Below, in pieces: positions 35,676 through 44,990 of a DNA stretch of 64,000 bases; within the stretch, counting starts at the first letter, position 1; every line of letters begins with the position of its first letter. The notes under the pieces are model-generated. The model saw only the letters and a list, made by a program, of their open reading frames with translations, had not been told where the DNA came from and ran no database searches. The stretch comes from an uncultured Methanosarcinales archaeon (GTDB lineage: Archaea; Nanobdellota; Nanobdellia; Woesearchaeales; GW2011-AR9). The stretch spans positions 277-64,276 of the forward strand of contig CAYFOH010000002.1 of NCBI GenBank assembly GCA_964344755.1, read 5' to 3'. A program made the translations under genes and the position numbers.

Positions 35676-36821
35676 ATGGATCAAAACCGTTATGCAAGAA
35701 TAGCAGATCCAGATGATGATGAGTTTAGAAGTTTAGTAAAGAAAGACCTTAAACTTCTTATGAATAAAAAGACTCTTTCTTTAAAACAAGAAGATTATTT
35801 GCCTTTAATTATTGATTCTGTGTGGGGACATGCAACAAATGGCCATGCTGGATTTGAAGGTGTAATTTATCCTGGTGCAACTAGAGAAGACATTGCTCTT
35901 GCAGCAGACCTAAGAATAGATAACATTAAAGGATACAGGAGAAGAAATATTGAAGATTACCGTGAATGGCTAGAACTTGTTAAAAAGGATGCCACTGGCT
36001 GTTTCGAGTTTAAAGGGAGACCTTTGTTTGGAGTTAAATTTCTTAAAAAATATCCTGTTACATCACCGGAAGCTGTTCTTAGAGCAACCATTAGTAACGG
36101 GCTTATGGACAACTATGGATGGAGAAAAAGAACCCAGGAGAAATATTCTGGACAGGAACCTAATGAACGAGAGTTTAAAATAGGGGGAGGAGAAAGTTAT
36201 ATATTTGACTACGACAAATTAATTGAATGGAATTTTTTGGCCATTGATTATTTGGCCAACAACGCTATTAGTGAAGAAGAAATTAAAGAATTACAAGAAC
36301 TCTTAGCGGACGATAATACTAAAGACCCCAGATCCGTTTATGTAAGAAGAAAAATAGGTTTAGGGACCTCAGATGATTGTTCTTTTATCATTGCTGGTGT
36401 TATGAATCAAGAAGGAGGATCTGAGGATTCTATTACTGCTGCCTTATCTGGCTTCTTGATTGATGCTGTAGACAGTTATCACCAATTTGTTAGTGAACCT
36501 AAACCAAATGGAGACGATGAAGAAATAGCGTTAGAATTAAGAAAAGAATATCCAGACTTAGTGTCTGACGACGAAATTATGACACTTATTTGTCTATCTG
36601 CAAAAACTAATGGAGAAAAAGAGCTCATTAGCTCTTCCCACAGAAGACTAATTGAAGTTGTTGATAGAGTAGATCCCAAACAAACAACCATGGAACATCA
36701 TCTAAAGTTTCTAGAAACCGGAAAATTTCCCCGCTTTAGAATTGGCTTTGAAAGAATGTCTAGCCTTGATTTTTATCCAGAAGTTCAAAGACGTATAGAA
36801 TTATACAAAAAGTTAATCTAA
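35676..36821 (+). CDS. hypothetical protein (no Mre11 phosphoesterase motifs)
   Basis: 381-aa acidic ORF 46 nt downstream of rad50. The calcineurin-like DxH/GNHD motifs are absent. Confidence 0.4.
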   Translation: MDQNRYARIADPDDDEFRSLVKKDLKLLMNKKTLSLKQEDYLPLIIDSVWGHATNGHAGFEGVIYPGATREDIALAADLRIDNIKGYRRRNIEDYREWLELVKKDATGCFEFKGRPLFGVKFLKKYPVTSPEAVLRATISNGLMDNYGWRKRTQEKYSGQEPNEREFKIGGGESYIFDYDKLIEWNFLAIDYLANNAISEEEIKELQELLADDNTKDPRSVYVRRKIGLGTSDDCSFIIAGVMNQEGGSEDSITAALSGFLIDAVDSYHQFVSEPKPNGDDEEIALELRKEYPDLVSDDEIMTLICLSAKTNGEKELISSSHRRLIEVVDRVDPKQTTMEHHLKFLETGKFPRFRIGFERMSSLDFYPEVQRRIELYKKLI

Positions 36822-37640
36822 AACAGCTTTCAAGGAAGCAATACCTACCTCTATCTGTTGGTCATTAGGTTCTTTGGTTGTTAGTCTCTGTAGCCATAAC
36901 CCTGGAGCAATTAAGATTTTAACCAAAGAATTCTTACTATATCTGCCACTTAACTTTATCAGTTCATAACCGATCCCAGCAATTACAGGTAAAAGAAGGA
37001 TTCTACCCACTAACTTAATCCACCAAGGACCAGAAACTAATGAGAAGATGATAATGGATAAAACTAAAACTATGAAAATAAAAGAAGTTCCACATCTTGG
37101 GTGAAAACGAGAAAATTTTTTCACATTTTCTACAGTTAGCTCTTGCTTAGCTTCATAACAAGCAATTGATTTATGTTCTGCACCATGGTACCGGAAAAGC
37201 GTTTTTACATCTTGCATAAAGGAGATTGCTGTTAAGTAACCTAAAAATAAAATAATCCTGATTAAGCCGTCAACGATATCAAATAAAAAACCTTGAAATT
37301 TTAACAATTTTGCAGAAAAAAAAGGAAGGCCGACGAAAAAAGCAATAGCAAAAACGAAGGATAAAGCAATTGTACCAAAGATTTCTTTCTTAGTCATTTG
37401 CTCTTCTTCTGTGCCCAAGCTTTGGTTGCCACTCCAAATCAGAGCTCGAACACCATCATAAAGCATGTAGAAGAGACCAATAACCCCTCTAACAAAGAAA
37501 AAATTGAAGATTTTAGGAAAATTGTTGGCTTTTTCTTTCTTTACTTTAATTTTACCATCCGGTAATCTCACAGCCACAGCGTAAGTTTCCTTGTTACGCA
37601 TCATGACTCCTTCAATTACAGCCTGTCCTCCAACGTCCAT
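36813..37640 (-). CDS. DUF1385-family membrane protein
   Basis: N-terminal MDVGGQAVIEGVMMR is the signature start of PF07136-type proteins. Several TM helices follow. Confidence 0.55.
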   Translation of the reverse strand: MDVGGQAVIEGVMMRNKETYAVAVRLPDGKIKVKKEKANNFPKIFNFFFVRGVIGLFYMLYDGVRALIWSGNQSLGTEEEQMTKKEIFGTIALSFVFAIAFFVGLPFFSAKLLKFQGFLFDIVDGLIRIILFLGYLTAISFMQDVKTLFRYHGAEHKSIACYEAKQELTVENVKKFSRFHPRCGTSFIFIVLVLSIIIFSLVSGPWWIKLVGRILLLPVIAGIGYELIKLSGRYSKNSLVKILIAPGLWLQRLTTKEPNDQQIEVGIASLKAVLD

Positions 37641-37714
37641 ATTATGGCAAGAAGCTGCTTTTATATAAAGGTTTTTCCATAAGATATAATAATTAACTCT
37701 AATCTTCTTAATAA

Positions 37715-38170
37715 ATGTTTGAAGAAATAATAACTAAAAGAAGAGTTAGAAACCTGATTAAAATTGCTAAAGCGAGCGCCCATGATGCTATCCATGGCTT
37801 ACCCAGACGTATTTACGACAGATTAGAAACAAAAGTATCCAAATTAAGAGCCAAATCGTGGCCCGAAAAAGAGTTTACACCAGCCATAGAACCCCTTTAT
37901 CAAGTTAGTATTATTTATAGTAGTCTTTACACTAATAAAACTACCACAGAACTTGCCGAATTAGCAAGAGAAGAAGGTCTAAGCTTTGTAGCTTATGGAA
38001 ATCATCTTAAATTTAAAGGTGCCTGGTTTGATTTTTTAATGAAAGAATCTGCAAAAAGCTTTGCTAATAAAGTTAAAGACTTAGATTCTATTGCTTTAAC
38101 AAGTTATAAAAAATCACCTTATAGATCTAGTTGTGTCTATCAAGAAGAGTTGTTAAAAGAACTTCCCTAA
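37715..38170 (+). CDS. hypothetical protein
   Basis: 151-aa ORF with no recognised motifs. Confidence 0.3.
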   Translation: MFEEIITKRRVRNLIKIAKASAHDAIHGLPRRIYDRLETKVSKLRAKSWPEKEFTPAIEPLYQVSIIYSSLYTNKTTTELAELAREEGLSFVAYGNHLKFKGAWFDFLMKESAKSFANKVKDLDSIALTSYKKSPYRSSCVYQEELLKELP

Positions 38171-40528
38171 CCCCACCTGACTACTTCTACCCAAAATCTT
38201 GTCTTCGTCATAACCGACAACTTCTAGGATGGAAACAACTGCTGGCAAAACTTGTTTGTCAACATAATAGTTAGCATCATAATCTTTTGCTTCTAGGTAA
38301 GGTACAGCGCGTTCTCTTACAATACCTTGACCTTTTCCAATTATGTACTTAACAAGATAACCGGGTGTAATCTGTTCTCCTTGACTTTGTAATTTCTTAG
38401 CAACCTGAATATGGGGCCCAATAGAACTGTAACTTTCAAGATCACGAGTAATTTGCGTTTTTAACACTAGTTTATCTAAACCAATTAAGCCACTTTTTAT
38501 TTGACTAATGATTTCTCTTACATAAGCTAGAGCTTCTTCCTTCTTATCAGATAAAACAAGTTGTAAAACTTTTTCTTGAACTTCTTTAGCTAGTAAAGAC
38601 CAATTTCTTCTAACAGCTTCGAAACCCACTATTTTTAAAGTTCCTTCTTTTCTCATTAAGGCATACTTTTTTTTGGCTCCTTTGTTTGAATCTTTAGTAG
38701 CTACAAAAACTCCACTAGTAAAATGCCCTTCGAACTCTAATTCCATTTGACCAGGGAGAGAAGAATTAATTTCCTGCATAAAACCAGTAGCTTCATCTAA
38801 AGTTTTCTCTTCTAAAAGTAAAAAACAAGAATCGGTATCGGCATAACAAACTTTAAAGCCGTCTTTTTGAGCTACTTCGATTGTGTTCTGGATATAGTCT
38901 CTTGCATAAGCAGTAGTCGAAGCTGCAGCTTCTAAACAGTACCATTTTGCTCCAAAAAAGGCCAAGTAGCCATAAAAGGAATTAGCCAGAATTTTTAGTG
39001 CATAAGAACGAGATTCCAAGATGCTTGATGCACCTTGTTCCTTTATCTCCTTTTTTATTGCCGTTCTTTTGTTTATTAAATCATCGAGTACTGTTGGCAA
39101 GAAAGCTTTTCTTTTCTTACAAAACCAATAATTATCTTTACCAGGAACTTTATCCCCACAACAAGTACAACGAAAAGAGCTTGGTCCAATGTTATGAGCT
39201 GTAATAATCGTTGGATACAAAGATTTAAAATCAAAAATAGCTAAATTTTTGTAAAGACCTGGTTTTGGTTCATAAACAAACCCTCCTTGGATAGACTGTC
39301 TTCTTCTATTTTCTACCTCATAACCAACAGCCCTATTAGGAGCTATCACAGAAAACTCTCGAGCTCTTTTTAAAATGTAGTTCTCAACTAGTTTGCTAAA
39401 AGGCATCCTAATTACGTTAAATAAAGGAACACCTACGATCTTACTAAACTCCACCATGTCTGAAAATAAGGAACTACACAATTGCCAAGTTAATCTAGAG
39501 TCATGAAGGTTATAAGCACAATATTTTTTTAACTCAGGTGAATTATTGTCCCAGTCTGTGGATAATTGACCGAGGTTTACTTCATGTTTTTGGTGCCCCA
39601 ACAATTCTTTAGCTACAGAATCTAAAGAATACGAATCAGTTTTAAGATTCTTACCAAAAACATATTTAATGAACTTAAAAACATCAGCGTGTAAATATTT
39701 ACTAAAAACTGCTTCTGTACCCCTATTGCCCAAACCACTTCTTATGTTAAGCCCTAAGGAATCTTTAAGACTATTTTTTTTTGTTCTTGCTTCTAAGTAA
39801 GGAAAATCAAAGCCGTCAGTGAAATAACCAGTGATGATATCTGGATCATATTCTAAAATTATATTTTGAAAACGTTCCAACATCTCCTTCTCTGAACCAA
39901 CTGTCTCTAAATAATCTAAGTCGTGCGGGAACTTTTTCCAAGTGATGACCTTCTCAAAAGGTTGATTATTTCTCATGCCATAAAAAGAGACCATTAAAAT
40001 TGGATTTTGGGTAGGATTAATCTCTTTCTTTTTTGCATAGGTTTCAATATCAACAGCTAAAATGTTCCAATTTGTTTGCTCATCTTCGTGACTTTTAATT
40101 ACCTCTTTTATTTGATAATTATCGTTCACCTCTACTTCCAACAAAGCCATAGGGTGGATGTTGTTGTCTCTTAAATAAAGATAAACAAAAAGAATGTCCT
40201 TTTCGTAACAATTCATGTTAAGGTCTTCTAACTTTTTGGCTATAACTGGAACTGCTTTAGGGAAGTTTACGTAAACCCTCCAAAACTCTTTTTCTCTACC
40301 TAAGAATTGTCTGGTTACTTTTTCTACCTTAACTACTTTCTCTTGCCCCAGGTCTAGGTTTTTGATGGTCTCAAGAAAATTTTCTTTATGTTCTGCATAG
40401 AAGTAAGGTAAGTGTTCATGAGTTAAGACTATTTTTTGATTATTTTTTAACTTGGCATAAATTCTAATAAAAACTTTTCCTTCTTTAATTAAATAGTCAA
40501 AATTGTAAGGATAACATTGAATTTGCAT
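38153..40528 (-). CDS. polB: family B DNA polymerase
   Basis: Exo I ILAVDIETY. Pol motif A DFKSLYPTIITAHNIGP. Motif C CYADTDSCF (YxDTDS). 791 aa. Confidence 0.9.
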   Translation of the reverse strand: MQIQCYPYNFDYLIKEGKVFIRIYAKLKNNQKIVLTHEHLPYFYAEHKENFLETIKNLDLGQEKVVKVEKVTRQFLGREKEFWRVYVNFPKAVPVIAKKLEDLNMNCYEKDILFVYLYLRDNNIHPMALLEVEVNDNYQIKEVIKSHEDEQTNWNILAVDIETYAKKKEINPTQNPILMVSFYGMRNNQPFEKVITWKKFPHDLDYLETVGSEKEMLERFQNIILEYDPDIITGYFTDGFDFPYLEARTKKNSLKDSLGLNIRSGLGNRGTEAVFSKYLHADVFKFIKYVFGKNLKTDSYSLDSVAKELLGHQKHEVNLGQLSTDWDNNSPELKKYCAYNLHDSRLTWQLCSSLFSDMVEFSKIVGVPLFNVIRMPFSKLVENYILKRAREFSVIAPNRAVGYEVENRRRQSIQGGFVYEPKPGLYKNLAIFDFKSLYPTIITAHNIGPSSFRCTCCGDKVPGKDNYWFCKKRKAFLPTVLDDLINKRTAIKKEIKEQGASSILESRSYALKILANSFYGYLAFFGAKWYCLEAAASTTAYARDYIQNTIEVAQKDGFKVCYADTDSCFLLLEEKTLDEATGFMQEINSSLPGQMELEFEGHFTSGVFVATKDSNKGAKKKYALMRKEGTLKIVGFEAVRRNWSLLAKEVQEKVLQLVLSDKKEEALAYVREIISQIKSGLIGLDKLVLKTQITRDLESYSSIGPHIQVAKKLQSQGEQITPGYLVKYIIGKGQGIVRERAVPYLEAKDYDANYYVDKQVLPAVVSILEVVGYDEDKILGRSSQVGLGKFF

Positions 40529-40565
40529 AGAAATTTTGGGGTTGGTTGTTATATAAATCTTGTTG

Positions 40566-41057
40566 TTAAGGAATTCGTCTTAACGACTTAAGCAAATAAT
40601 TATCCTCATCTCTCTTAGGCGCTTCTTCTTTAGCACTTTCTACCTTAACTTCCCCTTTGGATTCTAAACCTTTCTTTAAAACATCTAAAGTCATGGCCAA
40701 GTCGTCTTCAGTTAGGTGTTTAGGCTGCCACTGAAAATTTAAACCATCTTCTTGCCTTCTGGGAATCACTTCTATACTAAAGTGAGGCACCTTCTGTCCT
40801 GCTCCGGTACCATTCTGCACCAAGATGTTTGTTCCTTCACTTCCTAAAGAATCAAAAACAGCTACACTCACTTTGTTGGCCATCTTAGCACACGCAGCCA
40901 AAATTTCTTCTGGAACCTGTTCCATTATTGTGAAATGTTCTTTAGGGAAAACTGTTATTTGGCCAGGAGTGAAAACTTTGTCCTTAACCGCTACAACCAA
41001 AGTCTCGTTCTGAAACAAGATTTCAAGGTTAGATAATTCACAGTGTTCACAAGTCAT
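40566..41057 (-). CDS. HIT-like protein with degenerate histidine triad
   Basis: CEHC...VFPKEH HIT-fold N-terminus, but the triad position reads HFSIEVIP rather than HxHxHxx. It is a tandem paralog of the next gene. Confidence 0.5.
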   Translation of the reverse strand: MTCEHCELSNLEILFQNETLVVAVKDKVFTPGQITVFPKEHFTIMEQVPEEILAACAKMANKVSVAVFDSLGSEGTNILVQNGTGAGQKVPHFSIEVIPRRQEDGLNFQWQPKHLTEDDLAMTLDVLKKGLESKGEVKVESAKEEAPKRDEDNYLLKSLRRIP

Positions 41058-41683
41058 TTGAACAGTTCAGCAATCTCATCTAAACTGAGATCTTCCTCCT
41101 CTTTTTTAACTGGTTCTTGCTTTTTTTGGGGCTCAGATGGTTTTTTATCTTTTGTTTTCTCTAATTTTTTGACACCTAAAAGTTCATTTAACTTATCTTC
41201 TACGGCAACTTTAACGTTAGCTTGAATTTTTTTATCAATCAATTTTTCTTCAACATCTAAAATCGGGTCGCCATCTTTTCTCGGAATTAAATGTAAGATA
41301 ACGTGCTGTGCCTTCTGGCCAGCTGCCGGACCATTAGCAATGAATAAATTAGTTCCAGTAACCTTAAGAGATTTAAGTAAAACTTTAGAAAGTTTCTTTG
41401 CTACCGCAAACATCTTGCCTAGAATTTCTTCTGGCATCTGAGGAAGAATAGCATAATGTTCTTTCGGTAAAATTAGGAGATGTCCTTTAGTGGCTGGATT
41501 TATGTCTAGAACTGCTAAAAAATGGTCATCGTCATAGAGTTTTTGTGAGGATATTTTTCCCGAAATTATCTGACAAAAAATGCACTGTTGCTGCTGTAAT
41601 TGCTGTAATTCTTCAGGAGACATGTTCTTAATCTTTTCTTGCAATTCTTTCTTCTGGTCATCAGTTAATTGAGAAAGGTCCAT
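41054..41683 (-). CDS. HIT-family hydrolase with K/E-rich C-terminal tail
   Basis: CIFCQIISGK...ILPKEHY and HVILHLIPRK in the HIT-family layout. Confidence 0.65.
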   Translation of the reverse strand: MDLSQLTDDQKKELQEKIKNMSPEELQQLQQQQCIFCQIISGKISSQKLYDDDHFLAVLDINPATKGHLLILPKEHYAILPQMPEEILGKMFAVAKKLSKVLLKSLKVTGTNLFIANGPAAGQKAQHVILHLIPRKDGDPILDVEEKLIDKKIQANVKVAVEDKLNELLGVKKLEKTKDKKPSEPQKKQEPVKKEEEDLSLDEIAELFK

Positions 41684-41714
41684 GTCTTATTGGTAAAAGT
41701 AGAGGTATATAAAA

Positions 41715-41996
41715 TTATGGATTAAAAACAATATCGTCTAAAGAAGCTACGGAACCCCTCAACTGCCCAGGTGATTTAAATGGATCTGAACCCAAATTTT
41801 GATCATTTCTTGTTAAATACAAAGTTACTTCAAAACTAGGTGCTTCTGTAATTGATAAGCCATATTTTTTCATAAAATCTGTAGCAACGTCACCTCTGAT
41901 AATAACAGTAGCGTAAGGTTCACTGATGGGCACTTCATAATGGGTATGTTTGTCAATTACCTGTTTTCCGCGAATAGTAATTTGGCGTTCTATCAT
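41715..41996 (-). CDS. hypothetical small protein
   Basis: 93-aa ORF with no recognised motif. Confidence 0.3.
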   Translation of the reverse strand: MIERQITIRGKQVIDKHTHYEVPISEPYATVIIRGDVATDFMKKYGLSITEAPSFEVTLYLTRNDQNLGSDPFKSPGQLRGSVASLDDIVFNP

Positions 41997-42039
41997 ATTA
42001 TGTTAAAACTATGATTCTTTATAAAATTATTCTAAAATA

Positions 42040-42165
42040 GTACGTATTTAGTTAGATGGCCAAGAAGTTAATTAGAATTCTTCTTTTGCTTGCACAAAGT
42101 TGATCTCCAGTTTCAAAATATAATTAGCAAAAACTGGGCTAATTAACGGCCAACTAAACACGTAC
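42040..42165. repeat. palindromic intergenic repeat, copy 3
   Basis: GTACGTATTTAGTTAGATGGCCAAGAAGTTAATTAG...CTAATTAACGGCCAACTAAACACGTAC, 126 bp, between two minus-strand genes. Confidence 0.8.
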
Positions 42166-42204
42166 CTAAAATATCTAACTTTTTTAGGATGTTCAAAGTT
42201 TTAC

Positions 42205-43005
42205 TTAAAGGAACTCTTGCACATTCCTAAAATCAACCTTGACAAATTTCTTAAAATTTAAACCCTTTTCCTTAGCTTGTTGTAAAGCTTTCTTAACATG
42301 GGTACTGCCTTTAGGTAATTTAAAACCAGCTAGCTCACTAAGATAGTCCATTTGTGCAAGAGCTTCTGCCCTAGCCAAAACAGAAGCTGCAGCCACTTCC
42401 AAATATTTACTTTCAGCTTTGGTTTCTTTTATATCCCCAACCTTACAGCCAGGATAAAGATCAACCACATGCTTACCAGGCAAAAGAAATTTAGCACACT
42501 TAAGATGCAGCTTGTTTAGCAACTCCGTAACTTTACCGCTTTTATTGTACTCTTCTGGTAAAATACTAATCACTTTACAAGTGTTTTTCTTCTTAACTTC
42601 AATAGCCATCTTTAAAATTTCTTGGTCATTTAACTTTTTACTGTCAGCAACTCCTATCTTTAACAATTCTTTCCTACCTTTGTCATCAGCTTTTACAGCC
42701 GCCACCACCAAGCCACCAAAGGTGTCACCTTTTAAAGATTCATCACTGCCAATGATCCAACCTTCTTCTTTTCTGAAAGAAATCTTCTTCTGTTTTTTTC
42801 CTATACAAAATTTATCTAAATCTTCTTCAACATCTCCAGTGTCTTTACCTTGTACCAATAACTTTCCCGTAGTATAATGAACCAAATTAATGTTGTCCTT
42901 CTTCAAACGTAAATCTTCATGAACGGTTTTAGGAGTAATTAATTTGTAACCCTTTTTAATTAATTTCTCTACGTCTTCTTTACTTACATCCTTGTAAACA
43001 GTCAT
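42205..43005 (-). CDS. rnhC: RNase HIII-like ribonuclease (N-terminal auxiliary domain + RNase H fold)
   Basis: IIGSDESLKGDTFGGLVVAAV matches the RNase HIII catalytic DESGKGDYFGPLVV block. VADSKKL and KYLEVAAASVLA match the downstream DSK and AASI motifs. Confidence 0.55.
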   Translation of the reverse strand: MTVYKDVSKEDVEKLIKKGYKLITPKTVHEDLRLKKDNINLVHYTTGKLLVQGKDTGDVEEDLDKFCIGKKQKKISFRKEEGWIIGSDESLKGDTFGGLVVAAVKADDKGRKELLKIGVADSKKLNDQEILKMAIEVKKKNTCKVISILPEEYNKSGKVTELLNKLHLKCAKFLLPGKHVVDLYPGCKVGDIKETKAESKYLEVAAASVLARAEALAQMDYLSELAGFKLPKGSTHVKKALQQAKEKGLNFKKFVKVDFRNVQEFL

Positions 43006-43043
43006 TTTAATTTAAAAATGAAAAAAACATATTAAAACTTTCG

Positions 43044-43700
43044 TTAGAAATCAGCCAAACTTCTCTGTAAATTCTTTTCTCTAACCTTCTTAAAAGATTG
43101 CCAACTTTTCCTAAAAAGGTCTGAATGTTCTTCATAATAATTCTCTAAAAAAAGCTGTGTTTTAGGATCCGACATATAACCTGACCCAAAATCAAGACCT
43201 AACTCTTTTTTTAGTTTCTCTATTTGTTTATCTCTTATCACTTTAGCAACAACCGAAGCAGCAGCCACAACAACGTGGTTTAAATCAGCCTTGTGTTCCA
43301 TTAAAAGTTCTACTTCTTTTTTCTTTAATTTCGATAAAAAATAATTTTTATAAGATAAAATATTAACACTAGGACAATCAACAATAACTTTATCAGCATC
43401 CAACTCAGAAACCAGTCTGGCTGACGTATCTGCTTCCAAATAATTTAGGTTAGTACTAGGATCATTTAAAGCTAGATCAATCGCACCCGGCTCGATCACT
43501 TCAATTCTAAAATCATGGACAATGTCTCTTATTCTTTCGAACAAATCCTCTCTTGTTTGAGGGTCAAGAAGCTTACTGTCTTTAACACCAATCCATTCTA
43601 GCTTTCGTATATCTTCTTCTTTAAAGGATAAAGCTACCATTACTAAAGGTCCTATGATCGGCCCTCTACCTGCCTCATCGATACCAACAACTAATTTCAT
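43044..43700 (-). CDS. rnhB: ribonuclease HII
   Basis: VGIDEAGRGPIIGPLVMVAL (DEAGRG motif), DSKLL and AASVVAK motifs. Confidence 0.85.
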   Translation of the reverse strand: MKLVVGIDEAGRGPIIGPLVMVALSFKEEDIRKLEWIGVKDSKLLDPQTREDLFERIRDIVHDFRIEVIEPGAIDLALNDPSTNLNYLEADTSARLVSELDADKVIVDCPSVNILSYKNYFLSKLKKKEVELLMEHKADLNHVVVAAASVVAKVIRDKQIEKLKKELGLDFGSGYMSDPKTQLFLENYYEEHSDLFRKSWQSFKKVREKNLQRSLADF

Positions 43701-43709
43701 TGTAATAGA

Positions 43710-44000
43710 TTACAACCCAAAAGCGTCAGTAAATTCTCGCATCCTTCTAAATTCAGCTAAAAAACCTAAACCAGTTTCAGTTATAACCACTGTTTTAGTA
43801 CTCTTTTGCTTCTTTTTAGAAACCTCTTCCTCAATTCTAACCAAATTCTTCCCTACTAATTCTTCCAAGTAATTGTTTAACAATTTGTGGGAAAGATTAG
43901 ACTTATACATTAGATGGGTAGGTTTAATTTTTCCACCTTTGTTTTGGATTGCTAACAAAATGTCAAAAATTAGTTCTAAACGTGATCTTCTAGCTCCCAT
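43710..44000 (-). CDS. winged-helix DNA-binding protein (putative transcriptional regulator)
   Basis: 96-aa ORF with a helix-turn-helix-like LSHKLLNNYLEELVGKNLV segment. Confidence 0.45.
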   Translation of the reverse strand: MGARRSRLELIFDILLAIQNKGGKIKPTHLMYKSNLSHKLLNNYLEELVGKNLVRIEEEVSKKKQKSTKTVVITETGLGFLAEFRRMREFTDAFGL

Positions 44001-44704
44001 TATCTTTTCACCGCCTTTCTGTACACATATAGCAACAGCAAGAAGCCTAAAAAGACTAAAAATTCTCCTATCACATAAAGTTGGTTAAACAAGAAAACAA
44101 AGACAAAAGCAATATTTCCTAACATAATCAACAAGAACGATTTCATTACCAACAAAGCCTTACGGTTTCCAGTGTTAAGATAATTCTTGTAGTAATTTAA
44201 CAAGATTAAAGATAACAAAACAACGTTAGTTAAATAAAATACAAAGTATTTGAAATTGGCAACTATTGAGATCAAAGCTACTAAGTAAATGAATAAAGCA
44301 ATCTGGGTAACTTCATGCAATTTTCTTAATCTTGCTCTTGATTTCTGAGAGATAAAAAAGATCAATAACCACCCAGCTAACATAGGAGCCATCTGGAGTA
44401 AAAATCCGGCCCGATACCACAAATAAGAGTAAGATAAACCGTCACCAGCCACTGGCCTTAGAACATCAGCAGCAACGTCTCTTACAGGAGTAAAATAAAG
44501 AGTGCTACTTGTAAAAGTTTTAAAAATCAAACTTACAGCTACCAAAAGGAAAGCCAACGAAAAATAAGCGTACTTGTTTTCTTTATTAATTCTGTAAACA
44601 CGCCAACTATAAGCTGAGATTAACAAAGCAACTAATAAAACAATAAATTCAAAAACAATGTCGTAACCTTCAAACCAACCAGGGGTAAAAAATAAACGAT
44701 ACAT
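44000..44704 (-). CDS. polytopic membrane protein (hypothetical)
   Basis: Six or more hydrophobic helices. Confidence 0.45.
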   Translation of the reverse strand: MYRLFFTPGWFEGYDIVFEFIVLLVALLISAYSWRVYRINKENKYAYFSLAFLLVAVSLIFKTFTSSTLYFTPVRDVAADVLRPVAGDGLSYSYLWYRAGFLLQMAPMLAGWLLIFFISQKSRARLRKLHEVTQIALFIYLVALISIVANFKYFVFYLTNVVLLSLILLNYYKNYLNTGNRKALLVMKSFLLIMLGNIAFVFVFLFNQLYVIGEFLVFLGFLLLLYVYRKAVKR

Positions 44705-44962
44705 AAGGGCACCTCACTTTGATTATAAAACATCAAAAGATCTAACTTAAAAAGGTTATGATAAACCTTTCTTCACCCCTCTTCCTGAAAAAGATTTCTT
44801 TTTCTTTATATAGATATGTATACTCTAAAATAAAGAGGTGATTAAATATGTTACAGGATTTAAAAGATTTTGTTTCCAAATTAACCCCTGAAGAACTTGT
44901 TTATTTAATTTATAAAAGAAATATTTCTCAAACATCACAAAAGAAAAACACCTCCATTAAAC

Positions 44963-44980
44963 TCCGGGTTTAATTACCCG
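44963..44980. terminator. bidirectional hairpin terminator candidate (CCGGGT-ttaatt-ACCCGG) with flanking T/A-rich runs
   Basis: Lies between the 3' end of the 702-aa minus-strand gene and an unannotated 41-aa plus-strand ORF (44847..44972). Confidence 0.3.
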
Positions 44981-44990
44981 GTTTTAATCT

